DNA from: Anthoceros angustus
Lineage: Eukaryota; Plantae; Anthocerotophyta
DNA length: 64,000 bases
Assembly: GCA_010909165.1 (NCBI GenBank)
Contig: VJWM01000068.1
Coordinates: 682,001 to 746,000 of the forward strand
Direction of reading: 5' to 3'
Of the stretch, positions 11,063 through 22,379 are shown piece by piece; the stretch's first letter is position 1, and each line of letters opens with the position of its first letter. Both the position numbers and the translations under genes were made by a program. The notes beneath the pieces are model-generated. The model did not search any database and had not been told where the DNA came from. It saw only the letters and a list, made by a program, of their open reading frames with translations.

Positions 11063-13421
11063 AACACGATAATTTTTGAAGGGGGGGATATACTGACCCC
11101 CTTCGGTCATCACAGCACCCCCTTGTCACAAAGAACACCTTATAACCTAGAACAGCATATGTGCCCTACTTTGATAATGCACACACCCTTTCTGAGGTCA
11201 TACCAGTGATAAAAGACGCACTTTCAAGTGAACACCCTAGAACTGGAGCACAGTAGGGTGTGGGCCCGTCTGCGCTTTTGTAGAATGTTTAGAGGGCTGC
11301 CATTTTTATATGTTTATTACAACCGAAAACTTTTACTTTGAAGTGGTGGAACACAATGAAAACAATCCTGTACTAGAGGGAGTCTCATTTTAATCATCGT
11401 AAGAACATTGCAACAAACATCCGCTAAAGGAGGGAGTGGTCATCGGCATCGACAATAGTCATTGAAGAGTGCGGCTGGCGACTCATCCATGCCTTGCATC
11501 GACACCGAGTCAAGAACCACCGCCATATTCGGATGCGGTCCATATCGTCCGCCTCAAAGTTATCGCTCTCCTCCATTGCTCGCCTTCAATAGTATCATTC
11601 TGGGCCCACCATCCGACGGTGTGGATCGCCACACAAGATCTAGGGTTTGTCAATTCATCCAAAAGGTCGCCAAATAGTCTTCAACCTTCCGCACTCAATG
11701 CAACCACTTGGGCTTTAAGGCAATGCCAACGTCCTTAAAATGAACAAAGTTAGTTGCCCATGCGCCCATGCAAGCATCCTTAAAATCAACAAAGTTGAGT
11801 TATTAAAAAGATATGGGTTTTGAACCTAGAACCTATTCATTACCTAACCTTTTTCCCAAACACTAGACCAACAACCACAAGTTACAAACTTATTGAGCCA
11901 CTACATATTGATTTTGTTAAAGACCTATGAGGAGGCGCCGGCGCCGCCGCCGGCGCCCATGGATAGGCGGTGGTGTGAGGGAGGCGCCGGCCGGCCCATG
12001 GGCAAGGCATGGCGTGTTGGTGGGGGCCGGCGCCCATGGGCAAGGCATGGCGTGTTGGTGGGGGCGCCCGGCCGGCGCCCATGTGGTGTGTTAGGGAGGC
12101 GCCGCCGCCGGCGCCATGGCGGTGTGCTAGGGGAGGACGCCGGGCCGGCGCCCATGGCGTGGTGTGTTAGGGAGGCGCCGGCCGCCGGCGCCCATGGCGT
12201 GTGTAGGCGGCCGGCGCCGCCATGGTGGTGGGGAGGCCGCCGCCGGCCATGGCGGTGGTGTGTGCAGGAGGCCGGCCGCGCCCATGACGTGGTGGAGGGA
12301 GGCGCCGGCCGCGCCTCCCTAGCTCCACCCGCCGCACGACGGGTGGTGAGGGCGCCGGCCGCCGGCGCCCGCCCCACGCACCACCCAGGGGCATACGGGT
12401 GGTGCAGGAGGCGGCCGGCCGGCCGCGCCCGCCCCACGCACCACCCGTAGGCCCACCGATGGGTGGCGTGGAGGGAGGCGCCGGCCGGCCGGCGCCTCCT
12501 CCACGCCGCCACCCATGGGCAGTGTGCTAGGGGAGGCGCCACCGCCCGCCTCCTCCCGCACCACCAGCCTTATGCCCGACGGGTGGAGGCGCCCGGCGCC
12601 GCCTCACGCACCACCCGTAGGCCCACCGATGGGTGGCGTGTGGAGGCGGCCGGCCGCCGCCGGCGCCGCCGCCGGCGCCTCTGGTGGTGAGGCGTAATCC
12701 TCACCTCGTGCCCGACGGGTGGAGTGAGGCGGCGCCGGGCCTCCGCGTGCCCATTGTGGCCCTCCTTCCACGCACTGTGACGTGGCACTTCCATCGAAAA
12801 TTCAGAGGCTAACCTTAGAAGCAACCTTGGAATGAAGGCTAACCTTAGAAGCAAATGGCGTCAAATCGAGCCAAGATTTGGTGGTCGAGTGTAGAGGGTA
12901 CTCCCTAAACATCATGTGGACAAAAAGCGATAAGGGATAAGCTCATGAGTTGCGTGGCTTAATACAACTCGAGTCAAAGTGCCGTGAAGATAATGATGAC
13001 AATGGAGGAGAAGTGGACCAAGTGATGACGAAGGATTGAACTCGGGATGAGTGAAACTGAAATCTGCTTTTTCCGGGTCCCGAGTTAATGTTGTAAGTCC
13101 GTCATGTTACCGTGTTAGGGAAATACCGTCTGTGGCTTTTGTGGTGTCATAACAAAACCACATTTTCCTCCCAAATCGAAGTTTACCCCTTCCCGGCAGA
13201 ACGGCCTTCCTCACCGCTCCTACTTTGCATTATTCAGAGGTTCGAGTTTGTGACCACCATTCGACACAAACATTGCCGGATGGAAAGTAGTAACTTTCTT
13301 GGGTGACACCTTTTTTCGAGTCGCGATGCCTTCAAAACTGCTTTAGGGCCCATCAAAACCCCTTCAGATTATTTATGGAAAACCCCTTCGAGATTATTCA
13401 CCCCTTCAAAATTATCATGTT
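11063..13421. mobile_element. Non-autonomous TIR DNA element (~2.36 kb) with ~22-bp TIRs and 4-bp AATG TSD
   Basis: aacacgataatttttgaagggg ... ccccttcaaaattatcatgtt, flanked by AATG at 11059-11062 and 13422-13425. Confidence 0.8.
11930..12760. repeat. GC-rich degenerate tandem repeats inside the TIR element
   Basis: Repeated ggcgccggccgcgcccatgg..gtgtg and cgcaccacccgtaggcccaccgatgggtgg units. Confidence 0.85.
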
Positions 13422-14129
13422 AATGCATGTTGTATCGCTTGCGTGATAGGTCAGAGGAGTGTAATCGCTCAAGAGGCTTGACCGCAAACTTGATAAGAGA
13501 TCCATTTATAGCACCAACAATATTAGGTAATAAGGTCCACCTTCATGTATCGAATAATGGCATCACCGACACCATACTTGGAAGCAACAATGAGTGGAGA
13601 TAGACCTCGACCAACCTATGTAATACCATAGCAATTTTCACATGCTATTGTCGTTCGTGGTGAAGTGCGTACCAAGAAGGATTGCAATTGGTGAACAAGG
13701 ACCATAACAGTTAGGTAGGACATCCGATATTTTCTACGCCAATGCCTCATCACGTCTTTCGGGGCCCTCCAAGTGCCAAGCTTGCATGTGAAACTCTTCC
13801 CAAAGTCGTATTGTAGATGGTGCGTTCCACCAAATACGAGGGATACGCTTTCCCATTGTCTCCACAAGAGCACCACTAGAAGCTGCGAATAACATTGCGA
13901 AGAGTACATACATGATACTATCAAAAGAGCTCATATCGTCTATATCTTGAAGATATAAAGGATGAAAAGCTTTGGCATACAACATAGTATGAAGCACAAA
14001 GTAAATGACAGGATCCATATATAAAAATAAAAATAAAATATTATTATTATTTAGTATTTAATAAAATCCCCGGTGCCCGCTGGACACGGGGATTCTAGGG
14101 ACGGAGGCACTACTCAATGTAAGTAGGCC

Positions 14130-15400
14130 TTGAGCCATGGCTGTTGCGGTCACCTTGCAATGGAGTTATGCAAGGGGCAACAGGGTGCCTTGTGTTCGCA
14201 TGTCAGCAGGATCACATGTCAACAGGGTCGCTCGCTTGTGGTCCCAGCAAAGAGGAGAATTAGCAGGAAGAGCTACTGCTGGACTGACTTCAAGGAACAT
14301 ATTGTGGGCAAACAACGAAGCCGCGAAGTGCAGCGCCTTCGCAACAAAGCCCGTCCAGGAAAATATCTGGCTGGAGCGGGTCTTCCAGATAGGATTGTTG
14401 TTACAGTCAGGGCGCAAGAAGGATTGTCATTACAGTCAGGGGCTCTTGTGCCCACAGTCTTTTCGACTCCGCTCACAATCCGAGTGGAGCATGCCCAGAA
14501 GATCCCGCGAGGATACGAAAAGGGCGTACAGCTGAGACCGTGAGCAAGTAATGTGATCAGGGCCATCTCATTGAGATTGTCGAGGCTTTGGGGGTTTTGG
14601 TGCAGACGGATTGTGGTAGCATTCTCGGGGCTCTGTTTTACACAATGTTGAGGAACTGCGCTGTCAGAAAGGATCTAGTTCTGGGTCGCCGCGTCCATGC
14701 TTTTACGGTGAAAAATGGGTATCACTCCTGTGCAGACACATCTGCGAATGTATGCCTCTCTGGGCAGGTTGCAAGATGCGATGGATGTGTTCACCATGGG
14801 CCTTCCTGATGTCTGCCATGATTTCTGTGCATGTTAAACACCCACAAGACAAGTAGGCCATACAACTGTATCATCGGATGCGAAGTTCGATTTGTGAAGT
14901 CAGATGGCCATGTACTTGTGGCAGCTCTTCAGGCTTGTGCAAGGATCCGACTTGATAACGGGGCAGGTGCATGCTGATGTGTTGGGGAGCGGGTGTAGCC
15001 TCATTTGTTTGTCTATAATCTTGGTGGACATGTATGCGAAGTGTGGCAGCTTTGAAAATTCTTAGAGTCTTCGACGGATTTCATGAAAGGATGTGGTGAC
15101 GTGGACAGCAGGGTATTCCCAACAGAGCATGGGCCAGGAAGCCCTTTGTTTCTACAGCTTGATGCAAGAAGGCGGTATGGCTGTACCCAATTCTGTGACA
15201 TTTGTGTGCCTGTAGCAGGCATGTGCAAAATGTGTGCACACCAGCTTTGGAGACGGGCAAGCAGCTTTATGCGCAAATTAGGACATGAAAAGGAGGACAT
15301 GAAACTGATTGTCTTTGAAACCAGCAGCTTGATTAACATGTATGCGAAGTGTGGCAGCTCAGAGGATGCTCAGAGGATCGTCTCAGCTCAGAGGATGCTC
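14130..15400 (+). pseudogene. PLS-class PPR pseudogene, paralog of 4205-5040 in inverted orientation
   Basis: LFYTMLRNCAVRKDLVLGRRVH, LVDMYAKCGS, SSLINMYAKCGSSEDAQRI; many stops and frameshifts. Confidence 0.85.
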
Positions 15401-15444
15401 AGAGGCAGTTTTTAACTGCTAACACTTTTGTACTCATTTTCCAG

Positions 15445-16760
15445 CTGTGAAGGAGGGGAACGAACAGGTATTGGCAGATGCTGTACGCATTAGGAACTAT
15501 GAGAAAGGGATGGTACCTGTCGATCCCCGTGAATTTGCCAATCGGGTACTGCATACTGTGTACATGGGAGTACAGGTACTAACATCCCAGTCTCACTTGT
15601 TTCTGGCATTTGTAGCTCACGTTCTCTATTTCTGTAGGCTTTGTTTCTAACTCAAATCAACCATCTGCAGCTCTGAAGGCACACGGATCGGGCTAGAGAT
15701 TAGCAAAAGAAATTGGAGCATCTCACTTTGATGTGAAAATTAATGTTATTTTGTCAGCCATGCTTTCCTTGTTTCAGACAATGACAGGGACAACTCCGAA
15801 GTACAAGGTAAAGGCTAATAAACATTCCTGAACTTGAAGTTTGTCAGCTTCTTCAGCCCATGTTTCTCCATCAGGCTCAAATACATAGCTGAAATATGGT
15901 TATTTGTTTGTTGTAGGTCGATGGCGGAACAAATGCAGAGAATCTCGCCCAGCAAAACCTCCAGGCTCGTATTGTATGGTTCTTGCTTATATGCTAGCAT
16001 CACTACTACCGTGGGTGCGTAGCAGACCAGGGTTTCTCCTTGTTTTGGGCAGTGCAAATTGGATGAAGGACGTTGAGGGTTTCTGACAAAGGTAGGAGTT
16101 ACCTTTTGCACTAGTGCTTAGGGAGGGAAGCGTCGTGATTGGTTTGTTGTTCACTTTTGCAGTATGACAACAGTTCTGCTGACATCAATCCTACGGGAGG
16201 CGCTTTTCTAAGATGGGGAGCTGAACATTTAGGCTCTTCAACTCTGGCTGAAATAGAGTCCGCTTCACCCACAGCAGAGCTGGAGCCTATTCGAGAAAAC
16301 TATAGCCAGGTGAACCGCTAAGAATGCTTTGTCACTGCACTGGCATTAGGGAGGCATGCTCATGCCAAATTTGTTGCAGACAGATGACGCTGACGTGGGC
16401 ATGACATATGAGGAGCTTTCAATGTTTGGTCGCCTTTGGAAAGTCTTTCCCTGTGGTCCTGTCTCAATGTTTCAGTTCAGATCTCGCTGATTTCAGTCTG
16501 GCTTGACAATGTGCTGTATTCTGCTGGGCATGCATGGCGGTACTTTTTCCTCCACACACATCCTGGCTTTGTTTGTAGCACCTCTGCCATGGCTGGCAAG
16601 GTCGGCTTACCCTAGCTGAAGTTGCTACAAAGGTGAAAGAATTTTTCAAATATTACATCATGAACTGCACAAAAAGGTGAAAGACCTTATATGTTATATA
16701 GGAATTGTCTCCGGCCTTGACAATTCAAGCGCATAGACGAGATTGCGCAGCTAGGTGAGC
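15445..16760 (+). pseudogene. QNS1: Glutamine-dependent NAD+ synthetase, C-terminal exons with introns, disrupted
   Basis: Exons encode [103 protein letters not shown]; mostly GT-AG boundaries; frameshifts and deletions. Confidence 0.9.
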
Positions 16761-17019
16761 AAACAAATCGGCCTGACAGAGATCGAGCAAAACCTGGCCT
16801 TGACAAGTGTAGAGTTATCTGAGGCTCATGCAGCTGGCTTCGGAGTCCCGGTATTCGGCGAACGCAACATGATATGGTGTCTAGTAGCAAATGTCTTTCC
16901 AGCTTAGTAGCTGACAGCTGGAAGCCTTCACTTATTTTGCAGGCAAAACCTTTTAAGTAGTGAATATCTTTTTCCAGAACCCTCTTGTCAGAAGTTGAGA
17001 GTACCTTGCTGTGTAAACA

Positions 17020-17215
17020 TATAGATTTAATTTTTTTATGGAAAGTTCCTTGGGCTTATAGATTTAATTTTTTTATGGAAAGTTCCTTGGGCTTATAGAT
17101 TTAATGTTTTTATGGAAAGTTCCTTGGGCTTTGGCTTTTGCCTTTCTTGGGCATTCGGTAATTGCCTTCCTTGGGCATTCGGTAATTGCCTTCCTTGGGC
17201 ATTCGGTAATTGCCT
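17020..17215. repeat. Two adjacent three-copy tandem arrays (~37-bp and 24-bp units) upstream of the kinase
   Basis: atagatttaatttttatggaaagttccttgggctt x3; gccttccttgggcattcggtaatt x3. Confidence 0.85.
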
Positions 17216-17298
17216 TCTGTCGTCCGAAGCTTAAGGAGGAATATAGGCCGGTTTTCCTATATATGTGAAAGAGTTGAGCATTATTTTCAACTGCAAAC

Positions 17299-18270
17299 AT
17301 GGAGTCCTCTGTGGGCAAGTATCTGCTGGGGCCAGTGCTTGGGGAGGGGATGTTTGGCACTGTCATTGCTGCAGAACATATGGACACTGGCCACCTGGTG
17401 GCAATCAAGATGCTGGATAAAGAAAGGGTTTTAATGGGACTGGATTGGACCTTGTTAGACGGGAGATTTGTATCATGTCACAGATGAGGCATCCCAACGT
17501 TGTCAGGTTGTTTGAGGTGATTGAGACTGAGACCCATTTTTGTTTGGTAATGGAGTATCTTCCACACGGCGACTTGCTTGAGAAACTACGTGTGGAGGAT
17601 TTGTCCGAAACTGAAGCTAGAGATTTTTCCACCAACTCATCAGTGCCGTTCACTACTGCCACAGAAGAGGTGTCTATCATAGGGATATCAAGCTGGAGAA
17701 CTTATTGTTAGATGCAAAAAATGATTTGAAATTAGGGGATTTCGGCGTAAGTGCTATGTCAGATCAGGTCAAGGACGATGGGCTGCTTCACTCATTCTGT
17801 GGAACAGACAACTATCTTGCTCCTGAAGTGTTGCGCAGGAAAGGATACGAGGGATCAGCTACAGACCTCTGGTCATGTGGTGTGGTACTTTATCGTCTAT
17901 TAGCTGGAAAATTCCCATTCGAAGGAGAATCGAGCGTTTACCGCACGTACACGAAGATACTGAAGGCCAGATTTGATATCCCCTGGATTATCACCAGGGC
18001 CAGTAGCATGATCCGAGATTGCTAGTCGTCGACCCCAAGAAGCGATTGACTGCAGCTCAGATTTTGGAAGATGAGTGGTTTAAGCAAGGCTACGTCGCTC
18101 CGACGTCCACGATCCGGCGGGACATTTCACTGTGACACTGGACGCCTTCCCTAAAGGATTCACCTGTTCTCTCAACTCAGCCTTTTACAACAGCTAGCCG
18201 TACCGCAGGATGGCATCCCCATCGCTCCAGGCGGTCAAGTCACGCTTCCTAATACAGTCAAACCCTCTAA
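17299..18270 (+). pseudogene. CIPK/SnRK3-like kinase, copy 1 (frameshifted, possibly by sequence errors)
   Basis: Identical to 37514-38494 except for small deletions, mostly in homopolymer runs. Confidence 0.8.
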
Positions 18271-19100
18271 TTGGGACCCCTATAATGGGAACCCCTTTAA
18301 ATGGGACGCCAGGGCTTACTCCCTTGAATGGCTACATGCTAAATGGAAACCCTCTAATTTGTAAATGAGAACATGTCTCCCAAACATTCAATGCAAGTAC
18401 ACCTATGTAAAAGGGAAAATATATATTTAAAATAAAAATAAAAAATTTGAGGAAATCGTCTATCGAGATTAAATCATGAGTTATTGAGATTATGTTAAGT
18501 TAAAGGCTATCGAGATTATATCATAAAACATAGACAGTCCTATATATGTAGTAGTTCTGTACACTATGCTTTGTGATCAGAAGCATTGTTCCTAGTCCCT
18601 CCGCCTGTCAATGAGGAGGGTGAGGAGAATGATACAGCGTCAATGGAGACCAGGGTGAGGAGAATGATACAGCGTCAATGGAGACCATAGCGCCAAGACC
18701 GCGTACGACAAAGGATGCTGTAGATAATGCTATGAGGATAGCGAAGATGCTTTTGGAAGAGATGCCACATAACACTCTTGATGCTTTGAAGTTGCATTCT
18801 CAATTGGAAAAACATATTGCTAGTCATTGGATGAAAGCAACTCAAGATCAATCAAGGATCGATGATTATTTTAACCCGCAAACTAGAATTAGGTTGGCAG
18901 CTATGTAGTATGAGGGAGCATTTTGGATTTTTAGATTTTTGGATTTTTAGGAAGCTTTTAAGCTCTTTGAATTTTTGATTTAAAGGATTTTTGATTTTTA
19001 AATATTTTATTTTCAAAAGGATGAAAATGCCTAAACGGAACCCTCTAAATGGGACGATTTTTGCTACTCCCAATTGTTCCCAATTAGAGGGGTCTGATCA
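18255..19100 (+). mobile_element. pogo-like (Tc1/mariner) non-autonomous element, copy 1
   Basis: TA|cagtcaaaccctctaattggga ... tcccaattagaggggtctga; internal transposase C-terminal remnant ...QSRIDDYF. Confidence 0.75.
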
Positions 19101-19364
19101 GATTACAAGCCGTGAAGAGTCGTGCACTGAACTTTTCGACCCCATACCGCAGTTTGTGAAGAAATGTACAGCAGCTGCCAAACAGCCTAGTTTCACTGCG
19201 AAGAGCAAGAAGCGGAAGGTGTGAAAGATGCCCTGCCAAAGGAGACGATAGCTCCTTGTTGAACTTTACCTTGTAAGCACGTGTTTCCACATCGTTAATA
19301 TTCATTCAAACCATTTCAGCAAAAACGACTCGGTCTCGTTCGAGTTGCTCTTTAACCCCTAAAC

Positions 19365-19606
19365 GGCGGGCTATCTAGGCTATTCAACGCTGGCTCAACT
19401 AGAGTCCGCTCCACCCACAGCAGAGCTGGAGCCTATTTGAGAAGATTACACTCAGGTGAACTGCTAAATGGCATCAGGGCAGCGTGCTCATGGATGGCTT
19501 TGTTGCATACAGATGACGCCGACCTGGGCATGACATATGACGAGCTTTCCATGTATGGTCGCCGCCGGAAAGTTTTTCGCTGTGGTCCTGTCTCAATGTT
19601 TCAGGT
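19365..19606 (+). pseudogene. QNS1: Second, diverged NAD+ synthetase fragment (two exons and an intron)
   Basis: [27 protein letters not shown] | [31 protein letters not shown]. Confidence 0.85.
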
Positions 19607-19884
19607 TAGACCTCCTGATTGAAGTGTGCATTTGCTCGGCTTTTCATGCCCATCTCTCCATATCCCTGCAATACGAGGCCATGTTGCCTTCCTTGTCGTG
19701 CTGAGACAGGTAGATGTCATCACGCCTGCCCTTCCTGGAAGCTTGGTTGCACCAATCCTTGAGCACACATCAGGGATGTGTGATTGATGATCAGCAGTAT
19801 GTTATCTCAGTTGGCACACTCCATGAGTAGTTCACTGCTAGACACACGGGATCATTTCGTCATCCATCAGTGCACTTAGCTCCT

Positions 19885-20424
19885 TCAGCTTCTCATGGAC
19901 CTCTCCGATTGGTTGCAGTTGTTTCCCACCTTGTCCTCGTGCTCAATGCAGCTCCGACCTGGTCTTTTCCAACCTACAGCCAACAATCTTAGTCGCTGAA
20001 CTTGTTGTGCATCGTCCCATCTTAGTGCGTGAGAATAGACGTTTGACATTAGGACGTATGCTGCACAGTTCTTGGAATCGAGGCTTACAGCTCTCTCAAA
20101 AGCTCGTTTTCCAAGCTCCACGTTTACGTACTTCCCACAAGCCCCTCTGTAGGAGAAGACTATAACGTCGTGCACTGCGTGAGGATCCAAGAAGAGTTCT
20201 GGACGCGACGTTCTTCGTCTCCAGAGCACAAGAGGAGGGAAGTGAGAGGAGTAGGACGAGGGCCACGGAGACGGATGAAGCAACTGCCGCCGGGACCACT
20301 TTCGAGTGGTGGTGCGATGAAGCGTGGGAGGCAAAGTTGATCACCCCAACATCATATGACCGCGCTACACGATCCTGAAAACCCGCCGCTGGTGAAGGTT
20401 TGACTGTGGCCGAGCCTGAGCTGT
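19885..20424 (-). pseudogene. Chimeric remnant: RLK-B-like DUF642 end/TM/juxtamembrane joined to a PPR E domain
   Basis: KVVPAAVASSVSVALVL, RRRTSRPELFLDPHAVHDVIVFSYR, then GACGKYVNVELGKRAFE..AAYVLMSNVY..KRPGRSCIE. Confidence 0.8.
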
Positions 20425-20478
20425 ATTACGAAACTGCGCCGGGAGGGGCGTCCCGGAGTAGATATGTCGAGGCCATTA

Positions 20479-20697
20479 TGTGCAAAATGGCTTAGTCCAA
20501 ATGGACACATTTATAAGAACGTCGTTATTGAGCATCCTGTGCTTGGATGGGTACTTAGATGGGGTTGCCTAGAGGAATGGATGCCTTTGGTGCAAGTAGC
20601 TTAAGCACACCATGATACAAGTTATCAAGTATCAAATCCCATGACGGAAATCTGTCCTTAGTGGACTTAAATAAAATTCTTCTCCTTCTTCTTCATT
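20479..20697 (+). mobile_element. 5'-truncated LINE 3' end with (TTC)n tail, candidate TSD CATTA
   Basis: Open frame CAKWLSPNGHIYKNVVIEHPVLGWVLRWGCLEEWMPLVQVA*, then UTR, AATAAA and ttc repeats; catta on both flanks. Confidence 0.65.
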
Positions 20698-22379
20698 AGG
20701 CTGAGGAATGTATAAGCCGGGTGTCCGGAACGATACCAGTTCCGTGACGACGATACCAGTTCCGTGACGCAAAGTGCGCCATCGAGAAAGACCTGCTCCT
20801 TTCTCGGCCGCAAGGCGACGTAAGGAGCCCTGTACATAGACCAGGTTGCTCCAGCGGAATTTATAGTAACGTTTTTCACTGTAAGTTCAAGTTTGGCCCT
20901 GAAGAAATTCTTTCATTATTCACTCTAATGGATTAAAATATTTTATACTTTCAATACAAAACTTTCAGGATGCTTGGAGCTATTTCCAAAATGCTTGTCA
21001 TCAATTTCCTGAAATAAATTAAAATAAATAAAATTTATAAGTAATTTAAATGTACTTATAAACCTGTAAAATAAAAATTACCTTCATTAAGTATTGTTGG
21101 CTTCATTTTTTTTTGCTACCTCCCGGTGAAAGCTGCTTGATAAGGCCTTGAAATAGGCTTAAGAAATGCCAAAGTTTGTCTAAGTTTCTGATTTTCTGCA
21201 ATCGAAATGAATTAATTAGAATAAATTAAATTATAGGTATAGTTTAAGTAAATGTATATTTAATCACTCTTTTGGTTATTTCCCCCCGAAATAGTCTGTG
21301 TACAGCTACAAAATGAAAAATGCAACAAGTTAGTTTAAATTTGACTTATGTTTACCTCGAGAAATCTTGCCAACATAAACTCTGAGTAGTGTACCATAAT
21401 TTTAAGGTCTCCCAACTCTGTATGGATGGGCTCAACTTGTTTACAATGATTTTGACAACTCTAAAGAAGGTGTAAGTTCAAATGAAAGAATACACAACAT
21501 AACTCAAATGTGTAAGATTTTCAAAAACTTGTTATTCTTATGTTGTCCAGTAAATCAGGATTCTTTAAGATCTTCAAGTGATCTTCTGCTGCCAACTCTT
21601 TGTCAAATAAAGTGTTCAAGAGCTCTGCATTTACCAAAGCAAATAGGTTAGTATTAAGATATTAAGATATTAAAATATTTATATATGAATAAAAATTCCT
21701 ATTTTTAATTCTTCTGCTTGGCGTGTCTCGGTGCCTTGCAATCTGCATAAAATAATAATTCATATTTAGATATAGTCAATCATTCAAAAGTCAAGCAATT
21801 AAGGAAGCTTAGAGATCGCATTGCCAAGATCTTCAATAGGATCGTCTTCTATCATAATAGGAGTGTCCTATTATGTAGGAAGATATCATAATATCACTCC
21901 TATCGGATACTCGATGCGTGGACAAAGTCAGCGTGACTTGGCGATTGCATTGCCTTTGTTATCATCATCACAAAATGGCTGAGGTCTTGGCCTCCGAGGA
22001 GCAAAATGGCTGAGATCCTAGTTTTGAACACTGAAGAAGGAGCGCCATCGCAGAAGAGGAAGCTGGAGGATTCTCTTTGGTGGGAACAAAGTGGAGTCAT
22101 CCATAAGCCGCTTGCCAATGCTATAGCGTGAAGGATCACTATAGACACGACCACTATCTCACGTTGTTGCGATCCAACAAGCGCCAGTGCCCAACAAAGT
22201 GCTCAATGCTTCCTACAACCAATCCGCTGACTTGCAACCTTACTACCTTGCAAATCGCTGGTATACCCGCACTGGCACTTGTCACGATCGGATAGCATGA
22301 CATTCGGGATAGCATAGCAAAGGATGTTCGGGCTCACCGCAGTGGCCGACTTGGTAGTGCACATTATCAAGGGTGGTGA

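Larger units (their letters stand above)
10890..14018 (-). mobile_element. PIF/Harbinger DDE transposase pseudogene, split by a nested insertion at 11063-13421
   Basis: KYRMSYLT..LVHQL, VAMVLHRL.RG, GAINGSLIK..KP, then HCIVLQAVCDNRKMFIDICANSPGS*NDAGILRNSSLWQR, which are Harbinger-type motifs. Confidence 0.85.

Noticed and set aside
11882-12854. Several long Arg/Pro/Ala-rich ORFs
   Set aside because: By-products of GC-rich tandem repeats; frames are not conserved in copy 2
21853-21875. Perfect 10-bp hairpin cataatagga-gtg-tcctattatg
   Set aside because: Short AT-rich palindrome inside a TE remnant; no support for a terminator or ncRNA in a plant nuclear context
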